Sequence record: MW384823.1 | Length of the DNA: 64,000 bases | Reading direction: 5' to 3' (one strand) | Shown here: positions 53,059 through 62,057 of the stretch, piece after piece | Layout of the letters: every line of letters begins with the position of its first letter | Numbering within the stretch: position 1 is the first letter of the stretch | Program-made: the position numbers and the translations under genes | Notes under the pieces: generated by a model | Database searches by the model: none | What the model saw: only the letters and a program-made list of their open reading frames with translations | Told to the model about the DNA's origin: nothing

Positions 53059-53484
53059 ATGACTACAGTTATCACTCTGAACGACACCATCCGTGAAGCC
53101 GCTCGCCGTAACCCAGCTTCCTTGTTAACCGTTATCGGCATGTACGCTTCAACCGGCCGCGTCAACGATATCTCGATTGAGCAGTTGGACGAAGCAGTTA
53201 ACCATGCACTTGACGGCGGTCGTAACAAACCTATGCCTGTTCGCGAACAATTCGAAAACGACCAGTCGTTCAACGACCAGCACAATCAACAAACCATCAT
53301 TCGTGCATTATCAACCAATCTCTGCTACGGCTTCACTGCGGATAACATCCCGGCCATGATTGATGAAATGTACGAGCGTATGGAAAGCCATGAAGAAGTA
53401 TGGGGTGCCTACACCGCCATCAGCGAATCCACCCGTCGGATGGAAGAAGCTTTCATGGACAAAGCGAAAACCGAACTGTTCTAA
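53059..53484 (+). CDS. Early hypothetical protein
   Basis: 141 aa; SD gagga; first gene after promoter. Confidence 0.75.
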   Translation: MTTVITLNDTIREAARRNPASLLTVIGMYASTGRVNDISIEQLDEAVNHALDGGRNKPMPVREQFENDQSFNDQHNQQTIIRALSTNLCYGFTADNIPAMIDEMYERMESHEEVWGAYTAISESTRRMEEAFMDKAKTELF

Positions 53485-53554
53485 CCACTACCCACCCCTG
53501 CCCATAACGGGTAGGGGTTAACTTATCTTAAAATATAAATACTGGAGAATCACC

Positions 53555-53776
53555 ATGCGCAACTTATTCACTACTAACAAAGCTATCGTTGAAACTGCTA
53601 AACCTGCTGGCAAGAAAGAAGACATGCTGGACCTGCTGCTGAAACTGAACAGCGATGAGCTGACTGCGGTTATGGCTGAGATGAAAAAGGGTGACCCTAT
53701 GGTCAACAAAATCGACGCTGTCTACGACCGCAAGTCTGATGGCAAAATGAAAAGCACCATGCTGTTCATGTGCTAA
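53555..53776 (+). CDS. Small early protein
   Basis: 73 aa; SD ggag; highly-expressed-type codons. Confidence 0.7.
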   Translation: MRNLFTTNKAIVETAKPAGKKEDMLDLLLKLNSDELTAVMAEMKKGDPMVNKIDAVYDRKSDGKMKSTMLFMC

Positions 53777-53957
53777 GGGTAAATGATGCGACAACCAATA
53801 TGCTGACTCTCGGGTAACCGGGGGTCGGCTGAGGCGCGCGTGTCATTTATTTTTTTTTGATTTTTTCCCGTGGTTGACACACTCTTCTTTTTTCTTGTTG
53901 GGTAAGCGGCAAAATGCTATGGACGTCACCCCTTCACTTACATGAGGAACATGCACC

Positions 53958-55763
53958 ATGGTTATCACCGCTACTGCATCTGACCGTTGTGCATCAATTG
54001 GCGCATTGCGCGCGAGCGAGCCGGTATTTCCCGGACAACGTATCGATTTGAAAGAATACCGTCAAGGCTCTGGCTTTGGTGGTGGTTTCTTTGTTCACGA
54101 CGACACCGACACGTCTACACCTGACGATGGCGGATATTGTGTTGTCACCCCCAAAGGTGCCCGCTGGAAACGTGCACTGAACTCCCTGCATGAGCTGAAC
54201 ATTTGTCACTTCGGCGCAGAAGGGAAAGGAGTCGATACCGCAGACGCGTTCGCGCGAATGATGGCCTTCTCCCAAAAGAACCTTCCGGGTATGGGCGTGC
54301 AGTATCCTACCGGTACCTTTAAACTGTCGAGCTTTGTTAACACAAAAGAACTGGGCCGTTTCCGCGTTGCCGGTGCACCGATTGATGCCGACTTCGGTTA
54401 CTTCACGGGCACCACGCTCTACGGGAACAACGACCAAGAAGGCTATATCTTCGATATCGTTGCACGCCGTACTGCCATTTCGAATATCAACTTCGAAGGT
54501 GCAGTAGACATCAATGCGGCGAGTAACAAGAAGGTCGCTGGTAAAATGGGCTTCCTGCGCAACACCTGTCCGGGCGGTCAGTATTTCCGCGTGACTAACT
54601 GGACCAGCTCGTACGTGGGCGGTATCACCTTTAACATCCTCGATGCGCTGGACACCAAGTTCGACCAGTTCTACGTGTCTAAACACACCAACAGCTTCAT
54701 CTACGGTCGTTGGTCTGGCCAGACGTGGGGCGTGTGGGATCATGAAACCGCCATTGAGCTGAGCAACTTCAACATTCAAAGTTGCACCGGCCCACATGCA
54801 CTTGACCTGCCGCGTGCGACCCAGTCGCAAATTACCAACGGTTGGATTGAGCACACCGAGAACCCAGGCGACCTGTCTGACGGCCACTGGCTGATTGACA
54901 ACTTCTCGATTGAAGACTCGGGCAAAATGCTGATTCAAAACGCTCGCCTGACACGTCACCACATTAACCTGCAAGGGTCAAGTGGTTTCGATAAGGGCAC
55001 GGGCGCATCGAATTGGCCGGGTCTGTCCGGTTACGAGAAAGGTGACCTGCAACTCGAGTACCACGGTATTGAAGTGGCGGGTTCTATCGCCGCGAAATAC
55101 TTCTCACCAATCGGCCGCATGGACAACAACAAAGGTTCCTCACAGTGGTTCTATCTGGGCAGCGTCCGCACTACCGGTGTGGGTGAGAACGTCAAGATTA
55201 CCCTGCAAGGCACCCGCGGTTATAACGGTGTGAACGCCAGCGAAACCCGTCTGGGTGGCGGTGGTAGTGCGCATGGTGCGGGTATCATCAGCATCAAAAC
55301 CGTATCGTCTAACTACGCCGATGTGCAGTGGGATGGTGAAGGTTCTTGTCCGGTGAAGAACGTGAAGTTCACGAAACCGTTCAAAAACACCTGTCATGTC
55401 TTCGTTGAGCTGTTTGACTGGACGCGTTATGTCTCGCCGAAAGTTGAGGTGACTTCGAAGTCCCGCTTTGAAGCCGGTGTTCCATTCGACTTCACCTTCG
55501 TGGGTACAACAATCACGCTTGAAGAAATGCAAGCGATGGCGGATGCGCAGACTGTGGCAGCGGGTAACACCGTGACACTGAACGACGCGGTTACGGGGAT
55601 GTATCTGGGTGCCAAAAACGGTATCGGTTGGAACGGCAATGGCGAACTGCTGTTACGTTTCGCCCTGACCAATGGCTACCTGCCGGTGAAGATTACTGAC
55701 CCGGTCACTGAGCGTGTAACCCAAGGTTACATCAAGGTGGAAAGCAGCATTCCGAGTAATTGA
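53958..55763 (+). CDS. AmsF/WceF-like tailspike-fold protein (putative EPS depolymerase)
   Basis: 601 aa. N-terminal GGGFFVHD...DDGGYCVVTPKGARWKR tailspike domain, FGAEG..VD, then beta-helix-type repeats. No signal peptide. Lies directly before the virion paralog array. Confidence 0.65.
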   Translation: MVITATASDRCASIGALRASEPVFPGQRIDLKEYRQGSGFGGGFFVHDDTDTSTPDDGGYCVVTPKGARWKRALNSLHELNICHFGAEGKGVDTADAFARMMAFSQKNLPGMGVQYPTGTFKLSSFVNTKELGRFRVAGAPIDADFGYFTGTTLYGNNDQEGYIFDIVARRTAISNINFEGAVDINAASNKKVAGKMGFLRNTCPGGQYFRVTNWTSSYVGGITFNILDALDTKFDQFYVSKHTNSFIYGRWSGQTWGVWDHETAIELSNFNIQSCTGPHALDLPRATQSQITNGWIEHTENPGDLSDGHWLIDNFSIEDSGKMLIQNARLTRHHINLQGSSGFDKGTGASNWPGLSGYEKGDLQLEYHGIEVAGSIAAKYFSPIGRMDNNKGSSQWFYLGSVRTTGVGENVKITLQGTRGYNGVNASETRLGGGGSAHGAGIISIKTVSSNYADVQWDGEGSCPVKNVKFTKPFKNTCHVFVELFDWTRYVSPKVEVTSKSRFEAGVPFDFTFVGTTITLEEMQAMADAQTVAAGNTVTLNDAVTGMYLGAKNGIGWNGNGELLLRFALTNGYLPVKITDPVTERVTQGYIKVESSIPSN

Positions 55764-55768
55764 TTTGT

Positions 55769-55807
55769 GTAGGGCACTTCGGTGCCCTACCTATCTTTCT
55801 TTTTTTG
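55769..55807 (+). terminator. Intrinsic terminator
   Basis: gtagggcac-TTCG-gtgccctac plus T-rich tail. Confidence 0.75.
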
Positions 55808-55899
55808 TCATGACAAACGGCACCTTTATTATGCTGGCAGGGGGTCTACGTTATTGCGGTAACGCGGGCCTTTGTAAACCTTACAACCGAGTTAACGCG

Positions 55900-56694
55900 A
55901 TGTCTTTTAAATCCAAACAGAATCTGCTAAAACTCATCAACAAAGAGAACAAAATCTCCCCGGAGCTGACGTTCGATGATGTTGATATCTCTCTGCCGGA
56001 GGTGGTTTCAGTCGACGGTCGTGACTCGAGGGTAATTCTGACCTCAAAGTTATCGGGCGACGCGGGTGAGCAAATGGAGGTGTTTTATCACCGCCGTGAC
56101 TTACCCGACTATATACTGGGCGATGTGACGTTCGATAGAGAAGATGTGTTTACGACACACGACTTTATTCCTGCGCTTAATCAACGCTACGGCTTGAATC
56201 TGCTTCCGGACGACTTGGAAGACTTGCCCGTCTCAGGGAATGCGCACACTGTCATTGCAGAAGCGCTCTCCCATGAATGGCGTGGGCAGGTTACCCTTAA
56301 TATCGTCGTTGGGGTGCCGTTAGCCGATGTGATACCAAATACGCAGTTGGATGGTTTGCTTTACCCTGACCACCAAGACGTGAGTGTGGGTCAAGCCTCA
56401 CTCTACTCGTATGACGTTGATGCATCCTCGCTTAAATCGTGGATTCCATCACTGCAAGCCGGTAATGCCGACATGGCCGCTTTTGCGAAAGCGTTCTCAA
56501 CGGTGGTGCCGGAATTGTGGGTCGGAACAAACGATAAGGTACCTTACAACCTTCAACAGGCGGGTTACTTGTATTACAAAGAAACCGCCAAAGTGGTCGG
56601 TGCTAACCCGGCGTTTGATTACGTCTTAGGGTTAGAGCTAAGCCCACTCTGTACAAACTTCCAGGGTACGCTGAACCTGTACTTTAACAACTAG
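55900..56694 (+). CDS. Virion (tail/baseplate) paralog 1
   Basis: ATG 55900 (track start is inside the terminator); N-terminal module, LDGLLYP, YSYDVD, ends GTLNLYFNN. Confidence 0.75.
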   Translation: MSFKSKQNLLKLINKENKISPELTFDDVDISLPEVVSVDGRDSRVILTSKLSGDAGEQMEVFYHRRDLPDYILGDVTFDREDVFTTHDFIPALNQRYGLNLLPDDLEDLPVSGNAHTVIAEALSHEWRGQVTLNIVVGVPLADVIPNTQLDGLLYPDHQDVSVGQASLYSYDVDASSLKSWIPSLQAGNADMAAFAKAFSTVVPELWVGTNDKVPYNLQQAGYLYYKETAKVVGANPAFDYVLGLELSPLCTNFQGTLNLYFNN

Positions 56695-56703
56695 GGGGTA
56701 TAA

Positions 56704-57549
56704 GTGTCTATCTACGATAAGCCCTCACGGGAAATGTTGTTAGAGGCGATTAACCGGGATAATGGTCTGTCGGGGAGCAAAGCCCTGACATGGAACCAAA
56801 TTGCGTCCGGTTTTCCCGAAGTCGTCCAGTCTGAAGGCGCGCAACGGAACACGCGTGTTTTACTGTACGGCTTAAACGGACAGGGATATAAAGGCAACGT
56901 CACGATTGAATACGACCGTATCGATATGCCGACGTTGTTCCGCGGTGTGGTGCCGGTGGTGATTACTGACCCTGTTGGTAAGCTCTCCGAACTGTTGCCG
57001 TTTCTGAATGAGAAGTATGGCCTTTCGTTGATTCCTGACGACATCGTCGACCAGTCTGTGAAAGACTTGGGCGAAAGTTGGGTGCTCGACGTGGCAGTCA
57101 AAACTGGCTGTTTGGCTTGGCAGGGCGGGTTCACACTCCGGTTTGCGAAGTTCGTTCCTAACCTGCGTGACGTGGTGACGGACGTTGACCTTAGTGTCAT
57201 CATTGCACCGTTCACCCTTGGCCCTAAGCCTCAGGCAGAGTACGTGACCTACGGTTACGACTGGACAGAAATCAAAGACACCTTGACGAAAGACTGGGCG
57301 TACAATCGAGCGTTAACTGCTGCGGATGTCGACCTGTTAAACGAAGTAGTGCCGCTGAATTTTGTCTATGCGCCGAGTGCCAGTGTGAAGCCGGGTCAAA
57401 TCGGGCTGTTTGGTGCCGTGTATAAAGGGCTGGTTACACCGACCGGGAAAGACATGTACGACAACGCGTATGCGCGCGTCGGCATTATCCAGTTGGATAC
57501 AGACAGCAACTATACGGGCAACCTCATCCTTCACTTCCAACCAGTATAA
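56704..57549 (+). CDS. Virion (tail/baseplate) paralog 2
   Basis: GTG start; NTRVLLYG..GQGYKGNVTIEYDR; ends GNLILHFQPV. Confidence 0.75.
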   Translation: MSIYDKPSREMLLEAINRDNGLSGSKALTWNQIASGFPEVVQSEGAQRNTRVLLYGLNGQGYKGNVTIEYDRIDMPTLFRGVVPVVITDPVGKLSELLPFLNEKYGLSLIPDDIVDQSVKDLGESWVLDVAVKTGCLAWQGGFTLRFAKFVPNLRDVVTDVDLSVIIAPFTLGPKPQAEYVTYGYDWTEIKDTLTKDWAYNRALTAADVDLLNEVVPLNFVYAPSASVKPGQIGLFGAVYKGLVTPTGKDMYDNAYARVGIIQLDTDSNYTGNLILHFQPV

Positions 57550-57558
57550 GGGTGCCGC

Positions 57559-58413
57559 ATGCCTATCTTAGCCACCGCGGAGCAGCTCATTCTGGCGGAG
57601 CTGAATGTCGAGAACAAACTCGACCTGAAAGAAGCTGACGTTGTCTTTGGGGTACCCCAGATACCGACAGAGCCGGAAGATGTTACCCTCGCCAACGGAC
57701 ACAACGCAATGGTGCGGGTCACTGCGACAGCGCTTGCCAATGCAGTGGGTCACACCGTGGTGTTTTACGACCGCCTTGCCTTCGATGACATGTTCACCGG
57801 ATTAGATGGCGTACAGCCCCTCGTTGTTCCTGCCCGTTTGGATGCGGTGTTTACATCCCACGACATCGTGCCACTCATTAACCAGTATTACGGTTTGAAG
57901 CTGCGCACGTCTGATGTCGCCCGTACCGATATCGACCGGAGTGCATGGGTCGTTAAGCTGGTAGCTAATCCTGATTCTTTAGGGTGGATTGGTGAGTTGG
58001 ATGTGAAGCTTACCCCCGGCGATGCTTTAATCCCGAGTAACTTTGACGCCGACACATTGAAGCCGTACTCCTATCCGTATTTCAACACCAAGGTCGGACA
58101 AGGGGCGGTGTACAGCTACCCGTGGCGATTTGACGATTACGCGGAAGAGTTGCGCAAATTTGGCATCAATGCCACTGACGCGTTTCGTACCCGTATGGCG
58201 CAAATCCTGAAAACGGTGACCGGTGACGGCTGGATTGTCTACCGTAACCCGATTGAGTATAACCTGAAGGAAGCGACCATTGCCTACAACGGCAGAAACA
58301 GTGCCGCTTACCCAACGAACCCGTCGTACGACAACGTGCTGGTTATCGAACTCTCGTTGTATTGCATCAATCTCGGTGGGCGTATGTACATCCACTACAA
58401 CGACCCTGAATAA
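57559..58413 (+). CDS. Virion (tail/baseplate) paralog 3
   Basis: Shared modules; ends GRMYIHYNDPE. Confidence 0.75.
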   Translation: MPILATAEQLILAELNVENKLDLKEADVVFGVPQIPTEPEDVTLANGHNAMVRVTATALANAVGHTVVFYDRLAFDDMFTGLDGVQPLVVPARLDAVFTSHDIVPLINQYYGLKLRTSDVARTDIDRSAWVVKLVANPDSLGWIGELDVKLTPGDALIPSNFDADTLKPYSYPYFNTKVGQGAVYSYPWRFDDYAEELRKFGINATDAFRTRMAQILKTVTGDGWIVYRNPIEYNLKEATIAYNGRNSAAYPTNPSYDNVLVIELSLYCINLGGRMYIHYNDPE

Positions 58414-58433
58414 GCCTCCTAAAGGACGTTAGA

Positions 58434-59348
58434 ATGAAACCTTTAAACAAAACCTCCGACCTTCTGGTTCTGGATCTCATCAACGAGAAAAACCCGCAGG
58501 CGAACCTGCCTCTGACTAAAGTCGTTCTGAACGTTCCTGCTGTGAACGAAGGTGACGACAAAGCAGACCGCAACACCCGTATGACCGTGAAGGCGCGTAA
58601 GAACTCGGGTTATATCGGTACGCAGGATGTCACCTATGACCGTCTGGTCGGTGAAAACCTGTTCCTGAACGTGACCGCGTATCTGGACGTCAAAGAGCCG
58701 AAAACCACCGTTGATCTGCTGAGCAAACTGAACGAGCAGTACGGCCTGAAAATCACCGAAGATGACATCATCCCGGCGAGCATTCCAGACGGTACCAACC
58801 CCGCGCTGACTGATCCGGATGATCCAGACCCAATCCCGGTTGACCACGTCGTGCAGTTCAAAGACGACTGCTACGCTTACCTCGGTAACATCCCGGTAAA
58901 AATCGGTGCGAAGCCACAGGTCGGTGAACGTCTGAGCCTCGTCATCACGCAGACGCAGCTGGATGGTCTGAAGTACCCAGACGAGCCGAAAGACGGCAAA
59001 GGTCAGGCGTACATCTACTCCTACGGCGTAGACTGTTCCCCAATTGCCAAGTTCCTGAACGCGCAAGCGCCGGGTGTACTGGCGAACGATACCGCGTTTG
59101 CGGTTGAGCTGAACAAAGTCGTGCCAGAGCTGTGGATTTCAGAAGACGCCCTGAAAGACTACAACCTGAAAGGGGCGGACGTGAAATACGTTGGTCTGAC
59201 CGACGACGACGGCACCGCTACCGGTACCGATCCGAAAGTGCCAGTCGAAGGTGCGAACCAGAGCTACAGCCACGTTATGCTGCTGGAGCTGGACGACACC
59301 AAATGCTCTAACTTCACCGGTACCATGTTCTTGCACTTCAACGCTTAA
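58434..59348 (+). CDS. Virion (tail/baseplate) paralog 4
   Basis: Shared modules; LDGLKYP; ends GTMFLHFNA; strong codon bias. Confidence 0.75.
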   Translation: MKPLNKTSDLLVLDLINEKNPQANLPLTKVVLNVPAVNEGDDKADRNTRMTVKARKNSGYIGTQDVTYDRLVGENLFLNVTAYLDVKEPKTTVDLLSKLNEQYGLKITEDDIIPASIPDGTNPALTDPDDPDPIPVDHVVQFKDDCYAYLGNIPVKIGAKPQVGERLSLVITQTQLDGLKYPDEPKDGKGQAYIYSYGVDCSPIAKFLNAQAPGVLANDTAFAVELNKVVPELWISEDALKDYNLKGADVKYVGLTDDDGTATGTDPKVPVEGANQSYSHVMLLELDDTKCSNFTGTMFLHFNA

Positions 59349-59354
59349 CGGCGT

Positions 59355-59398
59355 GCTGGGAGGAGGCCAATCCTCCTCCCAGCTCCGTTTTCTTTTTT
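59355..59398 (+). terminator. Intrinsic terminator
   Basis: gctgggaggagg-ccaat-cctcctcccagc plus T-tract. Confidence 0.75.
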
Positions 59399-59417
59399 AT
59401 CTGCCGAGGAGTCTGCT

Positions 59418-60257
59418 ATGGCGATTTATAGTCAGTCTCAGCGACAATATCTGTACGATGCGATTAACGCGGAGAACCCTGGGGCCATTACGCCTGCCGG
59501 GTTTGCTAACGCCCTGATTGGGGAACCGCGGGCGATTACACCGACAGTGAATGGTGGTGCCAATACCGAGATTACCCTGCGGGGACGTCAAGGTCGTGGT
59601 TACGTTGGCGGTCAAACTTACCGCTACACTCGCCTGTCGTTGAATGACTTGTTCAAGAACATCGTACCACAGGTTACATCCCCTAACGCTTATGGCTACT
59701 TGACCACGGAAGCGAAGAAGTTAGCGTTTGTCCAAAACGTGAACGCGCGCTACGGGTTAAATCTTGAGTCGGGTGATATTCCTGATGTGTACGTGTACCT
59801 GAACCAAAAGAACACCGTGAATGTGTTGAAGACCTGTGTGCAGTACACCGGAGGGTTCTCCTTCGAATCGGTACGCGGCAAGAACAGTCTGGAAGAAGCC
59901 ATTCTGGATGACATCCTAAATGAGATGAACCATCCGATTCCGGCGAAAGACGGCAAGCTATGTGCAACGTTGCTTTCGTACGGCTTTGACTTCACCGAAG
60001 AACCGCAGGTTATGCAGGCGTTTGTTAACGGGCGTATGGATATTGGGGCAAACTTCACCAGTGGTGCCTCCGACAACCTGATTACGTTGTTAACCAGTCG
60101 GGGTCTTCCGGCGTTCGACTACACGAAAGCCACGATTACACGTCTAAAAACAACGGCCGAAAGCCGTGCGAATACTGCCTTCGATAATGTGCTCGTTATC
60201 ACAGGGTATACCGACGGTTCTGTGGGTGGCGATTGGCTGCTGCACTACAACAACTAG
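59418..60257 (+). CDS. Virion (tail/baseplate) paralog 5
   Basis: LNEMNHP; ends GDWLLHYNN. Confidence 0.75.
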   Translation: MAIYSQSQRQYLYDAINAENPGAITPAGFANALIGEPRAITPTVNGGANTEITLRGRQGRGYVGGQTYRYTRLSLNDLFKNIVPQVTSPNAYGYLTTEAKKLAFVQNVNARYGLNLESGDIPDVYVYLNQKNTVNVLKTCVQYTGGFSFESVRGKNSLEEAILDDILNEMNHPIPAKDGKLCATLLSYGFDFTEEPQVMQAFVNGRMDIGANFTSGASDNLITLLTSRGLPAFDYTKATITRLKTTAESRANTAFDNVLVITGYTDGSVGGDWLLHYNN

Positions 60258-60266
60258 GAATAAATC

Positions 60267-61154
60267 ATGGCAATTTATCAACCCTCTAAGGACGTTCTGT
60301 TGGCGGCTATCAACGGCCAGAACTCCATTAAGGTGAAAGCCACTGACATTGTGTACAGTGCGCCCAAAGACATCAGTGGGACCGACAAAGGCATGACCAC
60401 CAACCGTAACACCCAAATCAAGGTGACAGCAGACGGTGTGGTAGGCTCAACGTGGTCGGGTAAGAAAAACGTGTACTACAACCGCCGTAATCTGGCCGAC
60501 TTGTTGGTTCTGCTGGGTGACAGCATCTACATCGGCCCGTCGAACAAATCCCTGTTCGTGGCGATTCCGGCACTTAACCTGCGCTATGGGTTTGTGTTTG
60601 AAGAAGCAGACTTTATCGATGTACCTATCGAATGGAACGACGATGTAACTGAGGGTACTGTCCGTCTGCGTGCGAATCCGACTTCCCTCGGATGGTACGG
60701 TCAGGCTGACTTCAAAGTCCTGAAAGGTGATGAATCCCTGCCGTCGAAAGTGACTACGAACGTCCTGTCCGGTCTGAAGTACCCGAACGGTCAGATGGGT
60801 TCCGAGGCCGTGAATGCTACCATGGCAGAAGTGTACTCGTATCCGTTCGACTTCACACAGTCACACGACGCGCTGATTGCACTGTCGGTGGGTGTTGCAA
60901 CGGGCGATACGTTGTCGACCCTCGTGAATATCCTGAACGGTGTCACGAAAGGAACGTGGGATACCACCAACGGTGCAACGTGGGGACTGTCTGGTGCCGA
61001 GATTCTGTCCATCGGTGCAAACGACGCAACCACAATGCCGACCAACAGCAAGTACCAGAAAGTGTTGAAGCTGAAAGTTCCGGCTACCAATACCGCGGTC
61101 GTGGGTACCATGTATCTGCAATTCAATAAACCTGATGACCCGAATGAGGTGTAA
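60267..61154 (+). CDS. Virion (tail/baseplate) paralog 6
   Basis: LSGLKYP; YSYPFD; ends GTMYLQFNKPDDPNEV. Confidence 0.75.
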   Translation: MAIYQPSKDVLLAAINGQNSIKVKATDIVYSAPKDISGTDKGMTTNRNTQIKVTADGVVGSTWSGKKNVYYNRRNLADLLVLLGDSIYIGPSNKSLFVAIPALNLRYGFVFEEADFIDVPIEWNDDVTEGTVRLRANPTSLGWYGQADFKVLKGDESLPSKVTTNVLSGLKYPNGQMGSEAVNATMAEVYSYPFDFTQSHDALIALSVGVATGDTLSTLVNILNGVTKGTWDTTNGATWGLSGAEILSIGANDATTMPTNSKYQKVLKLKVPATNTAVVGTMYLQFNKPDDPNEV

Positions 61155-61157
61155 TCC

Positions 61158-62000
61158 ATGTCTTTGAACTATGGTAAAGTCTCTGACCTTCTGGTTTTTG
61201 ATTTGATTAACCGCGACAACCCTGACCTGCCGTACCCAATCAATGCGAACAACGTTATCATTGAGAAGATTACGCAGGTCACACCGAACGCGGCAAACAA
61301 CAACCGTAACACGTCGGCCCGGCTGCGTGGTCAGCAAACCGCAGGCTTCCGTGATACCATCACACTGTATTACGATCGTATCAACATCGATCGTATTCTG
61401 CCGTGGTGGAAACTCGGCAGCACCACCCGTGTTGCGTGCGGTATCACGAACTTCACCGCATCAACCATCCACGAGTTGCTGCCGTCGTTTCTCGACAAGT
61501 ACGGGATTAACCTCCAGCCGAAAGACATCAACAACGGTTCCCTGCCGTATGTGAGTCAGCCGAATCAGGCGTACAACTACAACATCAGTATCCTCCCCAC
61601 GTCACCGGCTTATGTCGGGTCGTCTACGGGCTGGTTAATGCGTGGCTTGCCGGTATTGGATACTTCAATTACGGTGGACGCGCTCAATGAGTTAAACCAC
61701 CCGATTCCGTTGACCGATAAGAAGTGTGTGGACTTACACACCTTTGGCATCGACTTCACGGCGTACAAAAACCTGTTAAATGTTACCTCGGCAGGGTTGC
61801 CGAACTGGGGTGGTTTACGTGCGGTATTGGATTCGTTAGGTGTTCCGGCGTATTCTGCGCCGCTGAACAGTAACTACGTGTCCGATGTCCCAACCACGTC
61901 TGCACAGTACGCCAATAAGGACTATGACCGCGTGGTGATTCAGACCGGTATCGACGAAACCGGGGCAAAAGGTGTCGCGTACTACCACTACAACAACTAA
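61158..62000 (+). CDS. Virion (tail/baseplate) paralog 7
   Basis: LNELNHP; ends GVAYYHYNN. Confidence 0.75.
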   Translation: MSLNYGKVSDLLVFDLINRDNPDLPYPINANNVIIEKITQVTPNAANNNRNTSARLRGQQTAGFRDTITLYYDRINIDRILPWWKLGSTTRVACGITNFTASTIHELLPSFLDKYGINLQPKDINNGSLPYVSQPNQAYNYNISILPTSPAYVGSSTGWLMRGLPVLDTSITVDALNELNHPIPLTDKKCVDLHTFGIDFTAYKNLLNVTSAGLPNWGGLRAVLDSLGVPAYSAPLNSNYVSDVPTTSAQYANKDYDRVVIQTGIDETGAKGVAYYHYNN

Positions 62001-62004
62001 AACG

Positions 62005-62031
62005 GAAGGGCCTGATGGCCCTTCTTTTTTT
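62005..62031 (+). terminator. Intrinsic terminator
   Basis: gaagggcc-tgat-ggcccttc plus T-tract. Confidence 0.75.
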
Positions 62032-62057
62032 GTTCGCGGTGGTTCTTAGGAGTCATT

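Noticed and set aside
53783-53806. Short ATG-initiated ORF after 53776
   Set aside because: Only a few codons long and embedded in the RNA stem; no convincing SD.
23408-53880. TTGACA hexamers at 23408 and about 53873 as sigma70 promoters
   Set aside because: No matching -10 element at 16-18 nt spacing.
53994-54974. 326-aa antisense ORF over the AmsF-like gene, and similar long reverse ORFs (16854-17768, 30320-31114, 58443-59066, 2261-2947)
   Set aside because: All lie in the register opposite well-supported + genes; no independent evidence.
4509-55831. TATG late-promoter candidates (e.g. 4509, 13209, 26097, 33245, 33987, 39274, 53918, 55828)
   Set aside because: A 4-mer is too common to call without TSS data, although several sit in plausible intergenic positions.
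55765-55899. N-terminal extension of paralog 1 given by the ORF track
   Set aside because: Begins inside a terminator hairpin; paralog alignment starts at ATG 55900.
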